A stretch of DNA of 64,000 nucleotides from Rebecca billardiae RCC1528 (taxonomy: Eukaryota; Protista; Haptophyta), in the NCBI GenBank assembly GCA_965240325.2, contig OZ251227.1:2728001-2792000 (forward strand). Reading direction: 5' to 3'. The notes beneath the pieces are model-generated. The model worked only from the letters and a program-made list of their open reading frames with translations. It had not been told where the DNA came from and did no database searches. A program made the translations under genes and the position numbers. Below are positions 58,591-64,000 of this stretch, one piece after another; position 1 is the stretch's first letter, and each line of letters begins with the position of its first letter.

Positions 58591-59229
58591 CAGGCAAGCG
58601 CAGCACTCACAGGCCTGACGACAAGGTTGTCAACCACAACGGAGGCTGCAGGGGCGGATGGCGGGTTTCGCAACGAGCACAAGCAAAGAACGCAGAGGAG
58701 ATGGCGGGACCTCGGGCTTTGCAGATGCGCAGGCCGAAGCAGGGGCTGCCGAGAGATGAGCAGCTCGGCCCGAAAGGTCCGGTGTAACCGATGATCGAGC
58801 GAGCTCTGCTAGGTGGGCTGCTTGATATGAACTTTGGTAAGTTGCCACGCCGACTTAAGATGACCTTGTATATGATCTCGAGCGCCGGATAGTGGAGAGG
58901 AGCGGGTACTTACAGAGGAGCCAGTGTGGTTGGCCGATATGAAAGGACCAGCGCCCGCCATGATGATGATAAAGGATAGCTCCGTGGCCGATGAGCTCCG
59001 GAAATCGACTGCAACTACCTGCAGGACCTAGAAGACGATGGCGGCCCTTGTCCACCAGCTGCGCGTTGCCTTTCCAGCCTCCCGACACACTCGGTTATAA
59101 CTCCGTTATAACGCCACATATATTAACGACGTGGTATGCAACGGGCAGGCGTCAGAGTCAGGACAGCAAGCTGCAGCAGCAGATCGAGCAGCACAGACAA
59201 ACACCAGGATCAGCGCTCCTCGCCGTCGT

Positions 59230-60117
59230 AACCCCCCCCCCCCCCCCCCTTCCCCCTCGTAGCCGCCCATCACTGCATCGCCGAGCGGAAGCCCGACGCA
59301 CCCACCGTCTGCCGTCGACGCGCGCGCGCCACCGCGGTGGTCGCGGTGCCACGCGTCGTCAGCCGTCGTCTCGAAGTAGTCGTCGTACGCAGCGCCCCCG
59401 CGGGCGCGTGCCCCCGGGCGCACGTGCGCCATGCGCGCGTGGGCGATGAGCCTCTTGGCCTGGCCACGCAGGCAGCGCATGCCCAGCTCGCGCCGCATGG
59501 TGCCGAGCAGCGCGCGCTCGGCGGCGGGGCGCGAGGGCGCGCTTAGGCGCGCGCGCGACGTGTGTCCCGCCCCATCTTGGCGATCTTCTTGTTAAGCTTT
59601 TGAGCCGAGTCCTTAACCACTCGGACACGCAAAAGCCCCCACGACGCGGACACGCAAAAGCCCCCACGACGCGTCGTGGGGGCTTTTGCGTGTCCGAGTG
59701 GTTAAGGACTCGGCTCAAAAGCTTAACATAACGCGGTTCCTTCCGGCGGGTTTGTTCTTTAGCCTGGTGTTGTTCCTTCACCAGCGTTCCGACGGGCCGC
59801 GGGCCATCCGCCGTCCCGCTCTCATGAGCCTTTCAGGGACGGATCTTCACCCCGTTCAGCGGGAGTGAAGAAAGAAGCGCACTTTCGGGCGAAAGAGCGT
59901 TGCGCAACCGGATTCGAAACCGCGTTATGTTAAGCTTTTGAGCCGAGTCCTTAACCACTCGGACACGCAAAAGCCCCCACGACGCGTCGTGGGGGCTTTT
60001 GCGTGTCCGAGTGGTTAAGGACTCGGCTCAAAAGCTTAACACTTCTTCATCTTGAGGGTGAGGTCCATCACCTCCGCGCTCCACTCGCCGAACGCCCCCA
60101 CGACAATCGGGAGTCCC
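59230..60117 (-). mobile_element. 5'-truncated, decayed non-LTR retrotransposon (RLE-bearing, CRE-like) C-terminal fragment, interrupted by the 59590-60041 element
   Basis: After removing the insert and one TSD copy it reads GLPIVVGAFGEWSAEVMDLTLKMKKIAKMG, then (frameshifted) ALLGTMRRELGMRCLRGQAKRL, the typical end of a restriction-like endonuclease domain. Confidence 0.6.
59590..60041. mobile_element. 452-bp miniature element with palindromic, tRNA-like terminal repeats (TRIM-like or Ginger-like)
   Basis: TGTTAAG...CTTAACA ends. TSD CTTCT at 59585-59589 and 60042-60046. Terminal units 59590-59728 and 59928-60041. Confidence 0.85.
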
Positions 60118-60591
60118 GCGGCAGGCCGACACTAACGAAGGCGTGACAGACTTGTTACAACAGGCTATTATAAGCGGCTTAGCAGCTGCTCAGTCACGGC
60201 TATATGATGATACATTATTATAATTGTATTATAAATAAGGCGGAGTCGGCGCGGAGTCTCCGCCACTCACTACTCACTAGTTAGGCTCAGTCTCCGCAAG
60301 CTCCTCCGGACAGTCCGGTGACCCGACGGTCCGCGAAAGACCAATCAACTGCTCGCGCGTCGTCAATGATATATGACCGCGTTCCGCGGTCCTTTTCTGC
60401 ATAGAATCAACGCAGTTGGGGGCCCGCGGTGGCCGTGCAATCGCGGCTCTCCGCCGTAGTGGCAGTTCGCCAGTTGAAGTCGGTTCTGAGATGACTGAAG
60501 CTATTAGTCCGACCGTCGCCCTGCCTGCGCGACCGCGAGACTCATTCACACTTCACACATCAATCACAGCAGCGGACCTGAGACCGCACCC

Positions 60592-60808
60592 GGCACCGGT
60601 CGTCAAATCGGACGTCCGTCTGACAAGGCACCGGTCGTCAAATCGGACGTCCGTCTGACAACTAGCTGCCAAATGTCCAACTGGCTGATCAGCTCGGATC
60701 CGACCCGTCCGCGATCGTGCCATCGGCATCGGAATTACTACTAGTAGCTGCCAAACTGTGTCCAACTCTGGCTGATCAGCTCGGATCCGACCCGTCCGCG
60801 ATCGTGCC
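60592..60808. repeat. Two adjacent duplications: 35-bp tandem pair (60592-60661) and about 60-bp pair (60663-60721, 60746-60808)
   Basis: ggcaccggtcgtcaaatcggacgtccgtctgacaa twice; ctggctgatcagctcggatccgacccgtccgcgatcgtgcc twice. Confidence 0.9.
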
Positions 60809-61526
60809 GAGTGAGTCGTGCCGCGGAGCTCGGAGTACTGAAGGAGTCGGGTGTGACAGCAGGGTGCTTTAGCGCTGCGGCCCGTGCCAGCCAACGACCA
60901 GACGTACTCTGGCCACTTGACCCGTTGCACGGGTGAGTGACCGTACGCCCTGCCTAGTGCCTACCGCGCGCGCCGCGCGACTCGGGGTGATGGAGAGCGG
61001 ATGGCGACAGCAGCAGCAGTCCTCATGAAGACGATGAAACTGGCGGCACGGGTGCACGAGGTGGCAGGCGAAAGCGCGCCGACGAGACCGCATTTGACAC
61101 ACCTGAGCCGCACGCGCGTGCCGTCGCCGAGCCGGCGAGCGCTGCAAACGCGCAACCGTACCGCGCGCGCCACGACGGCGCGGCACTAGCTAGTAGCTGA
61201 TGCAGGCCGTACTGCCGGCACTGCTTCTGCGATCATGCGCCACGGTCGCAGCTGACTGCGTGAGCAGCAAGCGGGAGGCGGGTCCGGAGGCACGTGCAGG
61301 CGCCGTCCCGCATCCGCCATCGTGCCGGGGCACGTCAGGCCTCCGACGATCCGGATGTGGCCCAGTCCGGACGTCACGCGATCCGGGACGACAAATACGA
61401 TTCGCTCGTAACGAACCGTTACGCTAAAGTCACGTCCGGCTGACGTCCAGATCGCACTTTACTTAGGGAATATCGTGGACGCGGTGTTTTTGACTGTTTT
61501 TCGGCCTAATAGACCTCTCTATGCGA

Positions 61527-61670
61527 TCTCAAAACTCGAAACTCGGTCTCCGCCAGCCCTAAAAATCGCCCCCCGTCCCTTTTTTATTGATCAAAGATCT
61601 TTTTGAAACGTGGTTCGGGCCCGCTGGTGCGGGCTCCACGCTGCGCGCTCCGCCCTGCACCGCGGGCCAT
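61527..61670 (+). repeat. Dispersed repeat family X, uninterrupted copy
   Basis: Contiguous homolog of reverse-complemented 2430-2352 plus 680-611. Confidence 0.8.
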
Positions 61671-62077
61671 GATTGATGGCTGCCTTCTGATGACGACAGT
61701 GAGTAGTGACACTGTGACACTCGAACTCGGTCCGAAGGTAAGTACTAGTACTATCACTTTATCAGACTGCGGAGTAATTATAATCAGCTGTGGCCACCGA
61801 TTGAGCAGTGCTAATTGCTAAATGGCAGCCGAGCATCGGCTACGGCGTCCGGCGACCTCTGGCTGCCTGCCTCGCCAGCCCGTACGGCATCGTCGGATGC
61901 GCTCGCGCGCCCACCGGCGCAGAGTCTGGTGAGCGCAGCGGTGGCAGGAGAGTCGATGATCGCAGATCGACAGACGACATACGCTGCGTGGCCGCGGCTG
62001 GCTCGCACCTCAGCAGCACTGGCAGCAACCTGGCTGTTCGTGTCTGGCCTCGTCGTGCGTGCACCCCCCACGCGGCG

Positions 62078-62944
62078 TCAGATGGATGCCAGCGACCACG
62101 TCGTCATCTTTCTCGTCGGCACCTGCATGGCCATCTCCGCATAGTCCTCGTGCGTGATGTGGTAGAAGCTCGGGGGCGCGTCCGCGGGTGGGGTGATGCC
62201 CTTGGCGCGCAGCTCGGCATTCGCGCGCTTCTGCGCGCGCTGCTCCTCGATGTGCCGAGCCTCGCGCTCCACGAGCGTCTCACGCCCCTGCGATAGCTCC
62301 GCCGTGCGCACCCGCCGCCTCGCCCGCTCAACCTCGAGCTGCGTAAGCTGCTCGCGCTCCTTTTGCGTGAGCGCTTCAGTCGAGCTGTGCCATGGCGTCT
62401 TGGCGCCGAGCCGCGGGTGCACGTACTCCTCGCCTTGCCTCTGGTACGGCGGGCGGATCAGGTTTGGGTGCGAGCGGTGGTTATCGCTGAGGAAGTCGCG
62501 CTGCGAGACCTGGAACTTGTTCGCGCGCGGGACGAACGACTCGGTCGAGCGCGTGTCCAGCCACTCAGCGCGGTAATTGTAGTCAGCACGTTTGACCGAA
62601 TCGTACGCAAGGAGCTGCCGCTGCATCGGCCTGTCGGGGAAGCGATGGCCGAGATAGGTCGTTGGGTTCCACCCAGGGCGCTGCAGCCCGAGGATATCCA
62701 TCTTCTTCGCCTCGATCACCTCCCGGCGCGCGGCTCGCGCGGCCGGAGGGACGGCATTCACGTTGAAGGCCTTGACCGTCGGCGAGAAATTTACGCTAGT
62801 TCGTCGGCCTCGAGAGTTCTCTGCGGGGGATTGGCGCGGTGCAGCACGCACAGGCGCACGGCAGGACGGCGTGAGCGCGGAGGCATCACTGCCACTCTGT
62901 CGCCGCGCCGCGCGGCGAGGGTGCAAGCGCTCACCGAACGACAT
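62078..62944 (-). CDS. Hypothetical protein with a C-terminal coiled coil; probable intron 62821-62934
   Basis: Coding bias. ATGTCGTTCG|gtgagc donor and cccgcag acceptor are in frame. No family recognised. Confidence 0.65.
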   Translation of the reverse strand: MSFGERLHPRRAARRQSGSDASALTPSCRAPVRAAPRQSPAENSRGRRTSVNFSPTVKAFNVNAVPPAARAARREVIEAKKMDILGLQRPGWNPTTYLGHRFPDRPMQRQLLAYDSVKRADYNYRAEWLDTRSTESFVPRANKFQVSQRDFLSDNHRSHPNLIRPPYQRQGEEYVHPRLGAKTPWHSSTEALTQKEREQLTQLEVERARRRVRTAELSQGRETLVEREARHIEEQRAQKRANAELRAKGITPPADAPPSFYHITHEDYAEMAMQVPTRKMTTWSLASI

Positions 62945-63082
62945 GGCAAGATCGAGGCTGCGAAGAAAACCGACGATCTTGACGTTTTCTCGGCATCCGG
63001 ACTGCACATGCACCGGACTCTCAACTCAGCGGCAGGGCGGCCCTGACCGAGGAAGCCGCGAGCATCACGACGCGCTCCGCTG

Positions 63083-63679
63083 ATGCTCGCCGCGTGTCGT
63101 CGGCCGGCGTGGGCGCGTTTCGTGCCGCTCGCACGGCGCGCGCAGTTCGCGTCGACCGTGGCGGACGACTACTTTGCGCTGCTGGGCTGCGAGCGCCGCT
63201 TCGACCTCGACCCGGAGGCGCTTCACCACACGTACAAGCAGCTGGTGGTGGAAGCGCATCCAGACAAGCTCGCCGGCCAGCCGGAAGAGGAGCGGCTCGC
63301 TGCGCAGAGGCACGCCTCCGAGCTCACGCACGCGTTCAGCGTCCTGAAGAATCCGGCCGCGCGCGCGAAGCACATGCTCGAGCTGTACGGCGCGCCGCTC
63401 ACAGAGGAGACCGGCCCTGGGGCGGTCGACGGCTTGTTCCTGATGCGCGTGATGGAGATGCGTGAAGCGATTGAGGACGCGAAGTCGCGAGCGCAGCTGG
63501 AGCAAATGCGTGCAGAGAACAGCATGGAAATGGCCTCGATAGGAAACGACCTAGCGCGAGCGTTCGTCGACAACGATCTCGACAATGCCAGGCGGTTGGT
63601 TGCGGCGCTGCAGTATGTGCAGAGGATCGACAAAGAGATTGAAGAGCGACTGCACAATGGCCACGGGCTGTCAGAATGA
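63083..63679 (+). CDS. HSCB: Mitochondrial Fe-S cluster co-chaperone HscB/Hsc20/Jac1
   Basis: DYFALLG...FDLD..L...Y..L...HPDK J-domain, AFSVLKNPAARAKHML and FLMRVMEMREAIE. Mitochondrial presequence. Confidence 0.95.
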   Translation: MLAACRRPAWARFVPLARRAQFASTVADDYFALLGCERRFDLDPEALHHTYKQLVVEAHPDKLAGQPEEERLAAQRHASELTHAFSVLKNPAARAKHMLELYGAPLTEETGPGAVDGLFLMRVMEMREAIEDAKSRAQLEQMRAENSMEMASIGNDLARAFVDNDLDNARRLVAALQYVQRIDKEIEERLHNGHGLSE

Positions 63680-64000
63680 CAAATATCGATGCTAGCGTCG
63701 GACTACGATGGTGAGGATAGCTACTTTCGTCTGACTCAGATCAGGATCGGTTTTGTATCAGGCGGGCGTTCCCCGCGCTGGACCTGGTCATGAATACGCC
63801 AATTCGGCGGAACCGCCGCGCCCTCGCGTTCCTATTATTGAAATTGGCTTCCTCTATTTCAAGCGGGCGGTATACATTTGATTACGGCCCGCGCCAGTCC
63901 GGTAGCAATGCCCCCCCAGGGGGGGGGGCATTGCTTTCGGGAGCGTGTGGCAGGATCCCGGGAACGCCCTTGACGCAGCGCTGTGATATGCACCTGTACA

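Noticed and set aside
58230-59100. Decayed coding-like sequence next to the CACAG element
   Set aside because: Multiple stops and no assignable motif; I cannot support a call.
59899-59971. Functional tRNA-Leu/Ser gene
   Set aside because: The anticodon stem does not pair, the long variable arm is missing, the T loop has an extra base and the acceptor stem is incomplete. Treated as tRNA-derived element sequence.

Overview
Eukaryotic, very GC-rich nuclear DNA with short GT-AG introns. PACRG points to a flagellated cell and a signal-peptide-bearing DUF1995/LPA3-like protein suggests a complex plastid. The style resembles a haptophyte of the Pavlovales type, which is inference only. A gene-dense core (about 9-52 kb) encodes NUDCD2, a TCF25/Rqc1-BAG fusion, mitochondrial uS15, a membrane protein ending in SH3-like and HicA-like domains, DUF1995, F-box/RCC1, a triple-GAF protein, a 2128-aa extensin-stalk/polycystin-like surface protein, an AT3 acyltransferase, PACRG, an XEG113-like GT77, a ~3260-aa internally duplicated UBZ-KH-RING protein and a JmjC oxygenase. 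A YrhK-repeat protein, a METTL24-like methyltransferase and HSCB lie in or beyond the two repeat-rich flanks (about 0.2-9 kb and 52-62 kb). Those flanks hold microsatellites and several non-autonomous, partly nested transposons. The most unusual object is a 452-bp element at 59590-60041 with TG...CA ends and a 5-bp target duplication. Its two terminal repeats are each a 114-bp palindrome (one perfect, one with a 25-bp duplication) carrying a tRNA-like A box, and it sits inside a CRE-like non-LTR retrotransposon fragment. All family assignments come from motif recognition by eye; no searches were run.
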